Source: Patescibacteria group bacterium
GTDB lineage: Bacteria; Patescibacteriota; Patescibacteriia; UBA2591; JAQUPP01
NCBI GenBank assembly: GCA_041649955.1
Contig: JBAZMD010000001.1
Coordinates: 68,079-132,078, forward strand
Direction of reading: 5' to 3'
Length of the DNA: 64,000 bases
The notes under the pieces are model-generated. The model saw only the letters and a list, made by a program, of their open reading frames with translations, was not told the DNA's origin and made no database searches. Made by a program: the position numbers and the translations under genes. Shown here piece after piece: positions 1-10,351 of this stretch (positions are counted from its first letter, which is position 1; the number at the start of each line of letters is the position of its first letter).

Positions 1-83
1 AGGCCGCCACCAAACCGAATCCGGCCGTAATTAAAGAAGATAATTTTTCTAAAATTTCCAACTTGAGTGATTTTTGATTTTGT

Positions 84-1199
84 TTAGACATATTTTCTCG
101 AAATTAATGAATTAATTCTGCAAACTGTTTCGTAATTAATAGTGCCTATTTTCTTGGCCAAATCATCAACTGTAATTTCATTTTTATTTTGTCTGCCGAT
201 TAAAACCACTTCTTCACCTTCTTTGATATCCGGTATTTTACTGACATCAACCATTGTTAAATTCATGCAGATTCTTCCGCGAATCGGGCAATATTTGCCG
301 CGAATTAAAACTTGGCCGCAGTTTGAAAGATGGCGATCATAACCGTCAAAATAACCGATTGGCAGAACAGCCAATTTTGTCGCCTTGTCTGTTTGATAAG
401 TTCTGTCATATCCGACAAAAGTTCCGGCCGGCACATTTTTAATTTGAATAATTTTTGTTTTCCACGATAAAGCCGGCTCAAGTTTGATTTTTTTCTTTTT
501 AGCCGATAATTCAGTATTGTTTGAAGGATAAAGGCCGTACATGCCAAGACCGACTCTGACTAAATTAAAAAATGTTTTTGAATTATTCATTGTTGAAGCC
601 GAACAACCGCTGTGAACCAAAGGTATTTTGATGCCGAAAAATCGCAACAGAGATAATATTTTTTGAAATTTTTCAGTTTGTTGATTGGTATAAGATTGGT
701 CTTTTGATTCCGATTCGGCATAATGAGTAAAAATTCCGACAATATTCAAGTTCGGCAAATTCTTAACATTTTTTATAAAATTAACCGCTTCTTCGGTGGA
801 GACACCTATTCTTGTCGCGCCAGTGTCAATTTTAATGTGGATGTTAACTTGCTTTTTAGAAAGATTGGATAAAAACTTTGCCTGCTCAAAAGTATAAACC
901 GGAAAATCTATATTTTGTTTAATCGCCTCTTTCACTTGATCTGTCATTTCCCAATAAGATAAAATAAAAATCGGGGCTTTGATTTTCGCCCGCCTAAGCA
1001 TCAGTGCTTCGTCTAAATTAACCACGCCCAGCCAATTAGCCCCTGATTTTAAGGCAATTTTGGCTATTTCAACCATTCCATGGCCGTAAGCATTGCTTTT
1101 AACCACAGCCATTAATTTCACTTTTGGGCCGATAATTTTTCTGAATTGGCCGAGATTATGTTTAATTGCCTGTTTTTTAATTTCAATCCAAGTGAACAT
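84..1199 (-). CDS. alr: alanine racemase
   Basis: 371-aa ORF; AVVKSNAYGHG PLP-lysine motif and overall alanine racemase layout. Confidence 0.85.
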   Translation of the reverse strand: MFTWIEIKKQAIKHNLGQFRKIIGPKVKLMAVVKSNAYGHGMVEIAKIALKSGANWLGVVNLDEALMLRRAKIKAPIFILSYWEMTDQVKEAIKQNIDFPVYTFEQAKFLSNLSKKQVNIHIKIDTGATRIGVSTEEAVNFIKNVKNLPNLNIVGIFTHYAESESKDQSYTNQQTEKFQKILSLLRFFGIKIPLVHSGCSASTMNNSKTFFNLVRVGLGMYGLYPSNNTELSAKKKKIKLEPALSWKTKIIQIKNVPAGTFVGYDRTYQTDKATKLAVLPIGYFDGYDRHLSNCGQVLIRGKYCPIRGRICMNLTMVDVSKIPDIKEGEEVVLIGRQNKNEITVDDLAKKIGTINYETVCRINSLISRKYV

Positions 1200-1230
1200 A
1201 CCAAATTTGTCGAAATTTATGAGTTAAGAA

Positions 1231-1385
1231 GTAGCGAAATAAATTTCGCTACAAATTTGAGTACCCCGTCTCCAAACCTGTCAACAAAATAAATATTGTT
1301 AATGTAAATAAGCCGCAGGCGTTACCGTGAGTTAAATTCACGATTATCTCAAAATTTTATTCGGGTTTGGGGCGTGGGTTAACGT
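1231..1385 (+). repeat. intergenic repeat family A, copy 1 (~155 bp; begins with agcgaaataaatttcgct hairpin, ends ttcgggtttggggcgtgggt)
   Basis: Two other copies at 38050-38202 and 40508-40657, all in plus orientation; conserved UNCG hairpin aagccgNaggcg. Confidence 0.6.
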
Positions 1386-1412
1386 GTCTATATTTTATCA
1401 GAAATAAACGAT

Positions 1413-1440
1413 TTGACAAGTATAAAATTTTTGCTATAAT
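1413..1440 (+). promoter_or_regulatory. sigma70-type promoter TTGACA-16nt-tgcTATAAT
   Basis: Consensus -35/-10 with TGn extended -10, 25 nt upstream of AAGGAGG RBS of small ORF. Confidence 0.5.
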
Positions 1441-1465
1441 AAATTTGAAATAAAGGAGGTGAAAA

Positions 1466-1642
1466 ATGATAGGCGGTATAATTCTTGTGGTAATTGGTTT
1501 TATATTATTTGAAGTTAGTTTTAGTTGGGATTTAAAAAATCTTGGTTCATTAAATCTCAATTTAATACAAGATTACGGGCCTCCAATAACAATAATATGC
1601 GCAGGCGCCATGATCTTAATAGGAATAAATAAAATCTTCTAA
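1466..1642 (+). CDS. small hydrophobic membrane protein (58 aa), below ORF-track cutoff
   Basis: ATG 7 nt after AAAGGAGGTG; two predicted TM segments; hairpin+T-run terminator after stop. Confidence 0.45.
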   Translation: MIGGIILVVIGFILFEVSFSWDLKNLGSLNLNLIQDYGPPITIICAGAMILIGINKIF

Positions 1643-1744
1643 AACTTTACCACTAAAATACAAAATAAGCATCCATTTAATATCGGGTGCTTATTTTTTT
1701 ATCCCGCACCTTCCTAATAAAAAAGATGCGGGATTTATTCTATT

Positions 1745-3073
1745 TTATTTCTTTTCAATTTTTGAAAAACCGCAATATTTTTGCAAGACTTCTGGAATCA
1801 AGATTGATCCGTCTTTTTGCTGATAATTTTCCAAAACAGCCAAAATCATTCTTCCCAAAGCCACGCCGGTATCATTAACAGTATAACAATATCCTTTTTC
1901 ATTATTATTTTTTTGATAGCGAATATTCAATCTTCTGGCTTGAAAATCAGTCGCGTTGGTGTCAGTCATTGTTTCCATAAATTCATTGGCCGCTATTCTC
2001 CAAGTTTCAACATCATATTGCTTGTGACTGGCGGCATAACCGGCATCACCGGTGCATTTTTGAATCACCCGATAAGGCATTTTAAGTTGTTGCAGCAACC
2101 ATTCATTAATAGACACCAATTCTTCAAAAATTTCATCTGCTTGCTCGGGAAGGCAAATAACGTCCATTTCCAATTTATCAAATTGATGGACTCTTTTTAT
2201 TCCGTGAACGTCTTTTCCCCAAGAACCGACCTCGCTTCTAAAACAAGAAGACAGAGAGCACATTTTAAAAGGCATATCTTTTTCTGAAAATCTTCTATCC
2301 ATTCCGTAGCCGAAAAGTGACGGCTCGGAAGAACCGACTAAAAATAATTTATTTTTATCTTCCACGTTTTCATCGCTGATTTTATAAACCTGATCATATC
2401 CTTCGGGAAAATGGCTGGTGCCAAAAAGCACTCTTTCTTTAACCATCAAAGGCACAACCATTGGCATGAACTTTCTTCTTAAAAGTTCTTTGAATAACAA
2501 ATCAATAATCGCAAATTGCAAAATAACCGCTTCTTTTTTTAAGTAACAAAATCTTGAACCCGAAGTCAGGGCGCTTTGTTCTACGTCAATAATATCCAAA
2601 TCTTTGCCCAATTCAATATGATCCTTGCCCGGAAAATCAGATTTCGGCATCTGAGCAACGACTTCAAATCCTTTTCCCAATAAAGATTTATCTAAATATC
2701 CTTTTTCCGGAGTCCAGACTCTGACATCAATATTATCGTCTTCGCTTTTGCCGATTGGCGTATCTTCGCTCATCAAATTGGGAACCCAAACAGCCAATTT
2801 GTCCATTTTAGTTTTAATTTCTTCAAGTGATTCTTCTGTGGTTTTTAATTTTTCTTTCAATTCTTTTCCTTTGGCTCTTATCGCTTCATCTTTACCGGCA
2901 GTTAAATTATTTCTCTCAGCGCGAATATTTTCCACTTCTGTTAATTTTTTTCTGTATTCTTCGTCCAATTCCAATAACGCATCCACATCAGCTTTTTGCA
3001 AATCCATTTTTCGATTGATAATATTTTGCTTGATTTTTTCTTTGTTTTCTCTGATGAATTTAATATCTAACAT
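1745..3073 (-). CDS. serS: seryl-tRNA synthetase
   Basis: 442 aa; N-terminal coiled-coil tRNA-binding arm plus class II core motifs. Confidence 0.9.
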   Translation of the reverse strand: MLDIKFIRENKEKIKQNIINRKMDLQKADVDALLELDEEYRKKLTEVENIRAERNNLTAGKDEAIRAKGKELKEKLKTTEESLEEIKTKMDKLAVWVPNLMSEDTPIGKSEDDNIDVRVWTPEKGYLDKSLLGKGFEVVAQMPKSDFPGKDHIELGKDLDIIDVEQSALTSGSRFCYLKKEAVILQFAIIDLLFKELLRRKFMPMVVPLMVKERVLFGTSHFPEGYDQVYKISDENVEDKNKLFLVGSSEPSLFGYGMDRRFSEKDMPFKMCSLSSCFRSEVGSWGKDVHGIKRVHQFDKLEMDVICLPEQADEIFEELVSINEWLLQQLKMPYRVIQKCTGDAGYAASHKQYDVETWRIAANEFMETMTDTNATDFQARRLNIRYQKNNNEKGYCYTVNDTGVALGRMILAVLENYQQKDGSILIPEVLQKYCGFSKIEKK

Positions 3074-3099
3074 AATGATTAAAAAAAATTATACATTTA

Positions 3100-3270
3100 T
3101 AGCGAAATTAGCTCGAACGAAGTCGCGGAAAAGCCTTAGAAAATTAAGGAGTTTTATTGAAAAATTCATCTGTTTGACGACCTCTTCGGGAGGAGTTATG
3201 AATTTTTCAAAATAAAACGAGTATAATTTTCAAGGTTTTGGAGCGCTGGAGTGAAAGCGAAATTCGCGGC
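3100..3270 (+). repeat. intergenic repeat family B, copy 1 (~170 bp)
   Basis: ~90% identical to 38612-38782; contains CCTCttcgGGAGG hairpin and SD-like gggaggag + ATG mini-ORF (MNFSK*). Confidence 0.6.
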
Positions 3271-3273
3271 TAT

Positions 3274-4734
3274 TTATAATTTGGGGCGCAAAATTGGGAA
3301 TAAAATAACTTCCCGAATATTGCAAGTATTGGTTAAAATAAGAGCCAATCGATCAATGCCAATTCCTTCGCCGGCTGTGGGCGGCATGCCGTATTTTAAA
3401 GCTTTAACGAAATCTTCATCAAGACCTTGCGCTTCTTGGTCCCCTTTTTCGCGCAGTTTATCTTGCTCGTCAAATCTTGATTCTTGATCCAAAGGATCGT
3501 TTAATTCTGAAAAAGCATTGCAAATTTCCATTCCGGCCACCAATAGTTGAAATCTTTCCACATAATTCGGATTATCAGGGCATTTTTTGGCCAATGGCGA
3601 AAGTTCAATCGGATGATGAATTAAAAAAGTCGGATTAATAAGTTTCGGCCTGACGCGCTCTTTAAAAAGTTCATCTAAAATTTTTCCTCTGTCCCATGAT
3701 TTTTCAACTGTTATGCCAAGTTTTTTCACTTGTTCAATCAATCCTTTTAAATCGCGGTATTCTTCAATATCAAGGCCTGTTTCATTTTTAATCGCTTGCC
3801 TGAATTCCAATCGCGGATAAGGCGGTTTGAAATTCAAAGTATTATTTTGATATTCAATGGTCAGTTTTCCTTCCAAATTAGACAACAAATATTCAAATAA
3901 TTCTTCGGTCAGTTTCATTAAAACATTATAATCGGCATAGGATTGATAAAATTCTATTTGGGTAAATTCAGGATTGTGAGAAGCATCAATGCCTTCATTG
4001 CGGAAACATTTTGCAATTTCATAAACTCTTTCAAATCCGCCGATAATCAATCTTTTTAAATAAAGTTCCGGCGCAACTCTTAAATATAAATCAATATCCA
4101 AAGCGTGATTATGAGTGACAAACGGCCTGGCAATTGCTCCGCCGGCTATTGCTTGAAGAACAGGCGTGCTGACTTCCATATAATCCCGCTGATTGAAAAA
4201 ATCTCTGATTAATTGTATCATTTTCGTCCTTTTGACAAAAATATCTCTTACTTCTTGATTGGCAATTAAATCCAAATATCTTTGACGATATCTTGTTTCC
4301 ACATCAGACAAGCCGTGCCATTTTTCAGGAAGCGGTAAAAGAGCCTTGGATAAAAGTTTCCAACTCGTCGCTTTAATTGTTTTCTCGCCTCTTTTGGTAA
4401 TAAAAAGATGACCCTTGATTTCCAAAAAATCGCCGACATCAATATTTTCATTAAAAAACTGATATTCTTTTTCTCCAACATTATCTTGAGCGAAAAAAAT
4501 CTGAAAACGGCCGGTTCCATCTTCCAGATTGGCAAAACACGCCTTGCCGTGAAGCCGCAATAAAACCAAGCGTCCGACTAAACTTACCAAAATTTCTTTT
4601 TCCGATAATTTATCAAAATCATCAATCGCTTGTTTTACGGTATGAGACCTCTCGGATAAAGCCGGATACGGATTAACTTGGCTTGATTTAATTTTTTCTA
4701 ATTTTTCTATTCTTGATTGTTCTTCGTTAGTCAT
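3274..4734 (-). CDS. lysS: lysyl-tRNA synthetase (class II)
   Basis: 486 aa; N-terminal OB anticodon-binding domain and class II catalytic motifs. Confidence 0.9.
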   Translation of the reverse strand: MTNEEQSRIEKLEKIKSSQVNPYPALSERSHTVKQAIDDFDKLSEKEILVSLVGRLVLLRLHGKACFANLEDGTGRFQIFFAQDNVGEKEYQFFNENIDVGDFLEIKGHLFITKRGEKTIKATSWKLLSKALLPLPEKWHGLSDVETRYRQRYLDLIANQEVRDIFVKRTKMIQLIRDFFNQRDYMEVSTPVLQAIAGGAIARPFVTHNHALDIDLYLRVAPELYLKRLIIGGFERVYEIAKCFRNEGIDASHNPEFTQIEFYQSYADYNVLMKLTEELFEYLLSNLEGKLTIEYQNNTLNFKPPYPRLEFRQAIKNETGLDIEEYRDLKGLIEQVKKLGITVEKSWDRGKILDELFKERVRPKLINPTFLIHHPIELSPLAKKCPDNPNYVERFQLLVAGMEICNAFSELNDPLDQESRFDEQDKLREKGDQEAQGLDEDFVKALKYGMPPTAGEGIGIDRLALILTNTCNIREVILFPILRPKL

Positions 4735-4796
4735 AAATTTATGGTTAAAATAGATGTAATTATTATAACATTATTATAAAATATTATCAACAACTA

Positions 4797-4825
4797 AAAA
4801 TGACCCTTTAAAGGGTCATTTTTAT
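4797..4825 (-). terminator. perfect hairpin aaaaatgacccttTAAagggtcattttt, bidirectional rho-independent terminator
   Basis: 11-bp stem flanked by A/T runs immediately after greA stop. Confidence 0.6.
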
Positions 4826-4841
4826 TGATAAAATAATTATT

Positions 4842-5300
4842 TTATTTAATTTCAATAATTGTAAAAGTCGTAAGACCGGTTGGAACCTGAAATTCCACTT
4901 TTTCATTAAGTCTCTTATTTAAAAGGGCTTGCCCTAATGGAGACTCATAGGAAATTCTGCCTTGCGCCGGATCTGATTCTTCACTGTCCACGATCATGAA
5001 AGTCTTAAAATCATCTTTAATTTTAAGTTTGACCGTTGAACCTATTCTAACCACATCTTTATTTTTCTGATGGCTGTCAATAATTTCAACATTTCTCAAT
5101 AAATTTTCCAGTCTTATTATCTCATTTTCTACCCATCCCTGCTCTTCCTTAGCTGTCGTATATTCCGCATTTTCGCTTAAATCACCCAGTTCTTTGGCAG
5201 CACGAATCCGGTCCGCAACTTGCGGCCTTCTTACGCTTCTTAATTCTTCCAATTCTTGTTCAATTTTTTTTCGCCCTTCAGGCGTTAAGAAAAATGTCAT
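4842..5300 (-). CDS. greA: transcription elongation factor GreA
   Basis: 152 aa; N-terminal coiled coil + C-terminal FKBP-like domain pattern. Confidence 0.85.
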   Translation of the reverse strand: MTFFLTPEGRKKIEQELEELRSVRRPQVADRIRAAKELGDLSENAEYTTAKEEQGWVENEIIRLENLLRNVEIIDSHQKNKDVVRIGSTVKLKIKDDFKTFMIVDSEESDPAQGRISYESPLGQALLNKRLNEKVEFQVPTGLTTFTIIEIK

Positions 5301-5480
5301 ATAGATTCATTATTATTTATTGTTTGTTACTCCATTCATTCCCGCCGCTACACGGCGGTATTTCTGGAGACAAACAATAAAATTAAAAAAACACCGAGTT
5401 AATTGGTATTAGTTTATATTATTATAGCAGGTATCCTGCAAAAGTCAAATCCCCTTGTGGAAAACTTTTTACTCCAAATA

Positions 5481-7406
5481 TTATTTTTTCTTTTGTTCCG
5501 CCCACCAAGATAAAATTTCTTTGGCAGCCGGTGCGGCAAAAGACGAACCTTCACCCCCATTTTCCACTAAAATAGTCAAAGCTATTTCCGGATTTTCATA
5601 AGGCGCAAAGCAAGTAAACCAAGCGTGATTGCCCTTACCTTCTACCTGAGCCGTGCCGGTTTTACCGGCGACTTGAATCGGCAGAGTATTTAAACTGCGA
5701 GCGCTGCCCGTCGTGATAGTCTGGCGCATTCCTTCTCTGACTAATTCCAAATATTTTGCATCAATAAAATTTTCTCTGATAATTTGGGGATGAATAATTA
5801 TTTTTTGGCCGGTTTCCGGATTATCAATTTCTTTGACCAAGCGAGGTTGAAAAAGAGTTTTGCCATTGGCGATTGCCGCCGTATAATTCGCCACTTGAAT
5901 CGGCGTTACCAAAATATTGCTCTGACCAATAGACAAATGATAAGTGTCGCCGATGTACCACGGTTCTTTTATAACATTTTCTTTATAAGCGGGAGTCAAT
6001 AAAAAACCGGTTGCCTCGCCTTTTAAATCAATGCCTGTCTTGCTGTTTAAACCGAAAAGTTCGGCATATTGAATAATTTTTTCCGGCCCAAGGCCTTCAA
6101 AATTTCCAAATCCTCCGCCAATATAATAAAAGAAAGTATTTACCGATTCGGCTAAAGCTTTTCTAAAATCAGTCACACCGTGCCCGCCTGTTTTCCAATC
6201 ACCGAAAAACCACTGTCCGATTCTTACTCCTCCGGTAGAAAGGATTGTTGTTTTCTCGTTGATAATGCCTTCGGCAAAAGCAGCGGCTATTTCAATCGGC
6301 TTAAAAATTGAACCGGACGGATATTGGCCGCTGATCGCCCTGAAAAATAATGGTTTGGATGGATCTTCTATTAAGGTTTTGAAATCACTGGCGCTTGCTT
6401 GAATAAAAATATTATTATCAAAAGTCGGCCAGCTGACAATAGCTAAAATCTCGCCGTTTCGCGGATCTATTGCTACGGCTGATCCGGCACGAGCGCCGGC
6501 AGCTTTAATATAATGGCTTAAAACATCAGTAACTTTTTTTTGCAAACTCGCGTCAATGGTTAAAATCAAATCTTGCCCGGTTTGAGGCGTTTTTTGGCTG
6601 GCGATTCTTTTTTCTCTTCCAAGCGAATCAACTTCAATATTTTTTTCTCCATTCTCTCCTTTCAAAATATTTTCGTAATTTAATTCCAATCCTGTTTTGC
6701 CGAGAGAATCAGTCATTGAGTATTCTTTATTATCAGCCAATTCTTCCGGAGTAATTTTACCCATATAGCCGATAACATGCGAAAAATACGTGGGATCCGA
6801 ATATTGCCTTTTCGGTTCTATGTTTACGGAAACGCCGGGCAGTTCTTCCAATTTTAATTTTATCGCTTCTTCATAACTCAAATTATCTTTTAAAATAATA
6901 GGATATATTGATTGATTGGGCTGTTCAGCCGTAAGCTTGGATAATTCCTCTTTAGTTGAATTTTCCAATGATTCTCCCAAAAAAGATAAAATTTTGTTAA
7001 CAATTTCTATTCTCGTTTCTTTATTTTTAGGCAAATCCAAAGGCGTTATTATCAAAGAAAAATTCGGCATATTTTTAACCAAAGGCGTCTGATAACGGTC
7101 ATAAATAAGCCCTCTGTCCGCTTTAATTGTTTCAACGCGGATTCTGTTGCCCTCGGCCATATTTCTGAATTCATGTCCGGAAAAAACTTGAAGCCAAAAA
7201 ATCCTGCCGAATACTATGGTTAAAATCGCAATCATTAAAAAAATAAAAATATTGAGAGATTTTTTCTCCATAGGCAAAACTATCGGCCCGGCCCAATTTT
7301 CTTCCGGCGGCCAATAATTGCCCGCGTATCGGCGCTGATTAAACCCTTCTAATTTTCCATCTCTGATATTTTTGTCTTCTTGTTTAATTTTAAACGGATC
7401 ATCCAT
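5481..7406 (-). CDS. mrdA: penicillin-binding protein 2 (peptidoglycan D,D-transpeptidase)
   Basis: 641 aa; N-terminal TM, SxxK (SIFK) and KTGT motifs; follows mreCD. Confidence 0.8.
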   Translation of the reverse strand: MDDPFKIKQEDKNIRDGKLEGFNQRRYAGNYWPPEENWAGPIVLPMEKKSLNIFIFLMIAILTIVFGRIFWLQVFSGHEFRNMAEGNRIRVETIKADRGLIYDRYQTPLVKNMPNFSLIITPLDLPKNKETRIEIVNKILSFLGESLENSTKEELSKLTAEQPNQSIYPIILKDNLSYEEAIKLKLEELPGVSVNIEPKRQYSDPTYFSHVIGYMGKITPEELADNKEYSMTDSLGKTGLELNYENILKGENGEKNIEVDSLGREKRIASQKTPQTGQDLILTIDASLQKKVTDVLSHYIKAAGARAGSAVAIDPRNGEILAIVSWPTFDNNIFIQASASDFKTLIEDPSKPLFFRAISGQYPSGSIFKPIEIAAAFAEGIINEKTTILSTGGVRIGQWFFGDWKTGGHGVTDFRKALAESVNTFFYYIGGGFGNFEGLGPEKIIQYAELFGLNSKTGIDLKGEATGFLLTPAYKENVIKEPWYIGDTYHLSIGQSNILVTPIQVANYTAAIANGKTLFQPRLVKEIDNPETGQKIIIHPQIIRENFIDAKYLELVREGMRQTITTGSARSLNTLPIQVAGKTGTAQVEGKGNHAWFTCFAPYENPEIALTILVENGGEGSSFAAPAAKEILSWWAEQKKK

Positions 7407-7429
7407 AAAAAATACTTTTTATTACTGTT

Positions 7430-7930
7430 TTATTTTTGACGCAAAGTTTTAATAATTGAATATCCAATGATTATCGCCAAGCTATTTGCCAAAACAGACC
7501 AACCAAAATTAAACCAATAAAATTTGTCCATCACCACCATAAAATCCTGAAAATTCAAAAAATAAGCCAGCCAAACAATAATTAAAATAATGGCTTGATA
7601 AGCAAGATTGCATAAAATCGCCACAATTAAAACGCTGTTTGTGGACATTTGGCTGAATTCCTTGATAATTTTATAAGAAATAACCAGAATCAATAGAAAA
7701 GTCAGAAAAAAAATGCCCGGCTTAAAAATGGAATATAAATCAAATAAAATGCCGCTTGCCAATGCGACCAAAAGGGCGAATTTAAATTTATTAAAAATAA
7801 GCAAAAGAATCATTAAAATCAAAGTCAGATTTAAATATTTTAAAACCGGAGATTTAAATAAAAAAGAAATCTGTAAAATATTTAAACAGATTATTAACAA
7901 AAACAGTAAAATAAGTTTCAGTTTAGCCAT
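7430..7930 (-). CDS. mreD: rod shape-determining protein MreD (polytopic membrane protein)
   Basis: 166 aa multi-TM protein between mreC and PBP2 in canonical order. Confidence 0.55.
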   Translation of the reverse strand: MAKLKLILLFLLIICLNILQISFLFKSPVLKYLNLTLILMILLLIFNKFKFALLVALASGILFDLYSIFKPGIFFLTFLLILVISYKIIKEFSQMSTNSVLIVAILCNLAYQAIILIIVWLAYFLNFQDFMVVMDKFYWFNFGWSVLANSLAIIIGYSIIKTLRQK

Positions 7931-7938
7931 AAATTACA

Positions 7939-8742
7939 TTATGGAAGATTTTTTAATATTATTGCCGCAACTCTCAGATCCGAAAGAGATTTGGGCGATT
8001 TGATAACCGCTTCTTGAAAAACAGCATTTGGTTTTTTGTTAATTTCGGCTATTTCGCCGATTATTAGTCCTCTCCTGATATTTTCTTCCAAACCCGAAGT
8101 GATAATAATATCCCCTGTTTTTATCGGTTTATCAAGTGGAATGTAATTCATTTTCATAGTTAAACCGTATTCTCCCTGCACTATTCCGGAAACTGAATTC
8201 GGACTCTCGCCTTTTATGATAATATCAGCGGTAATTTGCGAATGGCTGTCAAAAACCGGCTGTAAAAACGAGAGATAATCTTCAACTTTTATTATCGTAC
8301 CGACCAAGGTTCCATTTTCATCAACAACCGCCAAACCGACATTTACGCCGTCTTTTTCGCCTTTATCAAGTAGAAACCATGTATAACCGGTTTCTATTCT
8401 TTTGCCGACAATATTGGTCAAAATAAATGAATTCTTGGAATTATCCAAAAAATTCAAATGATTTTTCAGAACTTGATTTTCCGTTTGATATATTTGGAGC
8501 TTGGCATTTTCGGTTTTAAGATTATTTATTTCTTTTTCCAATACCGATTTATCATTCTGCCAATTTTGACATTCAATAAAATTTTTTGGATGGCCTGAAA
8601 TTTTATAAGACAATTTTTCAAATGGCGTTAATAAGAAAAAAAGAGCGCTTTTTCCTCCATTGGAAAAAGCGAAAAAAAGCAAAACTATTACTATAAAAAA
8701 AATAACCACTCTTTTTTTAATGATTAAATCATTTATGGACAT
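7939..8742 (-). CDS. mreC: rod shape-determining protein MreC
   Basis: 267 aa; N-terminal TM, coiled coil, C-terminal beta domains. Confidence 0.75.
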   Translation of the reverse strand: MSINDLIIKKRVVIFFIVIVLLFFAFSNGGKSALFFLLTPFEKLSYKISGHPKNFIECQNWQNDKSVLEKEINNLKTENAKLQIYQTENQVLKNHLNFLDNSKNSFILTNIVGKRIETGYTWFLLDKGEKDGVNVGLAVVDENGTLVGTIIKVEDYLSFLQPVFDSHSQITADIIIKGESPNSVSGIVQGEYGLTMKMNYIPLDKPIKTGDIIITSGLEENIRRGLIIGEIAEINKKPNAVFQEAVIKSPKSLSDLRVAAIILKNLP

Positions 8743-8759
8743 ATTGATTATTTAAAGAT

Positions 8760-10340
8760 TTATTCTGATTCATTTTCATCAATAATAGAACCATCCGGAA
8801 AAGTTTCGGTTGTTGGAATTTCTATCACATTTTCCCATTTATAACCCAATTTTTCAAAAATTTCTCCTGATTTAAAAACTCTTTTACTGCCATTTTCAAT
8901 CAAATAAACCATAGCACTATCCGGATATTTTATTAAAGTTCCATTTGGCCTTGACGAAACCGGAGCGATAAATTGAAAACTATTGATCAACATTTTGAAA
9001 GTAGTCTTAAAATTCGCTTCTTTTTCAGTGCCGACATTATATGAAATCACATAAACATTTTCGCCCTTGGAAATATAAATCGTCAAATGATCCGAACTCC
9101 AAAGAGCCGGCTGATTATTGACAATAACGGCAGTTAATGAACTTTTTTCAGTTGTCGGCGATTGTTTTGAATACCAATCAATCAAAGACAATTGATCGGG
9201 ATTCTTTTCTGCAGTCGCGCTGAAAAATTCTCCGGTATTAGTAATCACTAAAACCTCTTCATTATTGGTTTCCGGAATTGCTCTGGTTATCCATGAAGAC
9301 GGATAGAAAAAACTGTAAGAAAAAGTGGAATTAGTATAAATATTGATCAAACCGGCGGCTGAAAGCTTATTCTCGCCCGTTTGCAGCGGATCGGTTAAAT
9401 TGGCTATTTCTTGGCCGTCGCTAATGCCATCGCCGTCAGTATCAGGATTATTAACGCTGGTGCGATAGATAGTTTCTTCCGTGTCGGTCAAACTGTCTTG
9501 ATCCGAATCAACAGTGGAAGAAATTTGCGGCGCTATTTGAAATATTTCCGTTTGAGGAATTGCCTTGCTTTTTGAAACAATTAAAGCAAAAGTGTCGGAC
9601 GGCAAAAGATCCAATTGAGCAATAATTAAATTATTTTCCACGTCTTGCGTACTTGATAAAGGAGTCCAAATATTATCTTTCAAATAGCCCAAAACAATAT
9701 CATTTTCCCAATTGCTTTCAACAATTTTATTATGATAAAAAGCTCTTAAGGTTGCTGATTTTTGCAAAATAAGATTAGTGGATTGAATTTTATAAGTCCC
9801 TCCAATAACCTTGTAATCATTGAATGTATTTTCATTGGTTATCGGCTCCGAGATTAATTCAATTTTTAAATTCTGGTCAACGGCTCCGGCAGGCAGATAA
9901 AATTCCAGCCAAGAAACAGTTTCGCCCGTTTGATCTTTTATCTCGGCTTTCAAAGTTTGTTCAATTGAAACATTCGCAGCCGGAACAGAGGGAGAATTAT
10001 TTTCTTCGGGCTGAGTAATGGCAGGAATTTGAGTGACAACCGGAATATTAGGATGGTAATTGGTGATCCAAAAATAAAACGCAAAACCTCCGCCGACAAT
10101 AATAATTAGAAGGCATAAAATTAAAATAAGAGATTTATTTTTATCTTTTTTGGACAATTTACGCTGAGCTTTGCGAAATTTCTCCGGCATCACATAAATC
10201 ATTTCTCCAGTGGTTCCATATTGAGTCACTTCTTCAATAATTTCCTTTTTAGCCGCAGGAGGAGGATTAGCAAAAATATCCTGCACCGCAGAAGCGTCTG
10301 TTTTTTGAGATTCCGGTTGTATAGGTGTTTCTTCTGGCAT
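8760..10340 (-). CDS. membrane-anchored protein with thrombospondin type 3 Ca-binding repeats and a C-terminal ~50-aa module shared with the giant protein 30882-37808
   Basis: 526 aa; single TM after ~90-aa cytoplasmic N-terminus; DxDxDGxxDxxE repeats. Confidence 0.6.
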   Translation of the reverse strand: MPEETPIQPESQKTDASAVQDIFANPPPAAKKEIIEEVTQYGTTGEMIYVMPEKFRKAQRKLSKKDKNKSLILILCLLIIIVGGGFAFYFWITNYHPNIPVVTQIPAITQPEENNSPSVPAANVSIEQTLKAEIKDQTGETVSWLEFYLPAGAVDQNLKIELISEPITNENTFNDYKVIGGTYKIQSTNLILQKSATLRAFYHNKIVESNWENDIVLGYLKDNIWTPLSSTQDVENNLIIAQLDLLPSDTFALIVSKSKAIPQTEIFQIAPQISSTVDSDQDSLTDTEETIYRTSVNNPDTDGDGISDGQEIANLTDPLQTGENKLSAAGLINIYTNSTFSYSFFYPSSWITRAIPETNNEEVLVITNTGEFFSATAEKNPDQLSLIDWYSKQSPTTEKSSLTAVIVNNQPALWSSDHLTIYISKGENVYVISYNVGTEKEANFKTTFKMLINSFQFIAPVSSRPNGTLIKYPDSAMVYLIENGSKRVFKSGEIFEKLGYKWENVIEIPTTETFPDGSIIDENESE

Positions 10341-10351
10341 AGTAAAATTAT

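Noticed and set aside
3077-3273. T-box riboswitch in the serS leader
   Set aside because: The reverse complement of the lysS-serS spacer lacks the T-box consensus (AGGGUGGNACCGCG) and specifier-loop architecture. The spacer is instead a copy of repeat family B.
3251-3487. 78-aa plus-strand ORF overlapping the lysS 3' end
   Set aside because: Antisense to a well-supported lysS; starts inside repeat B1; composition looks random.
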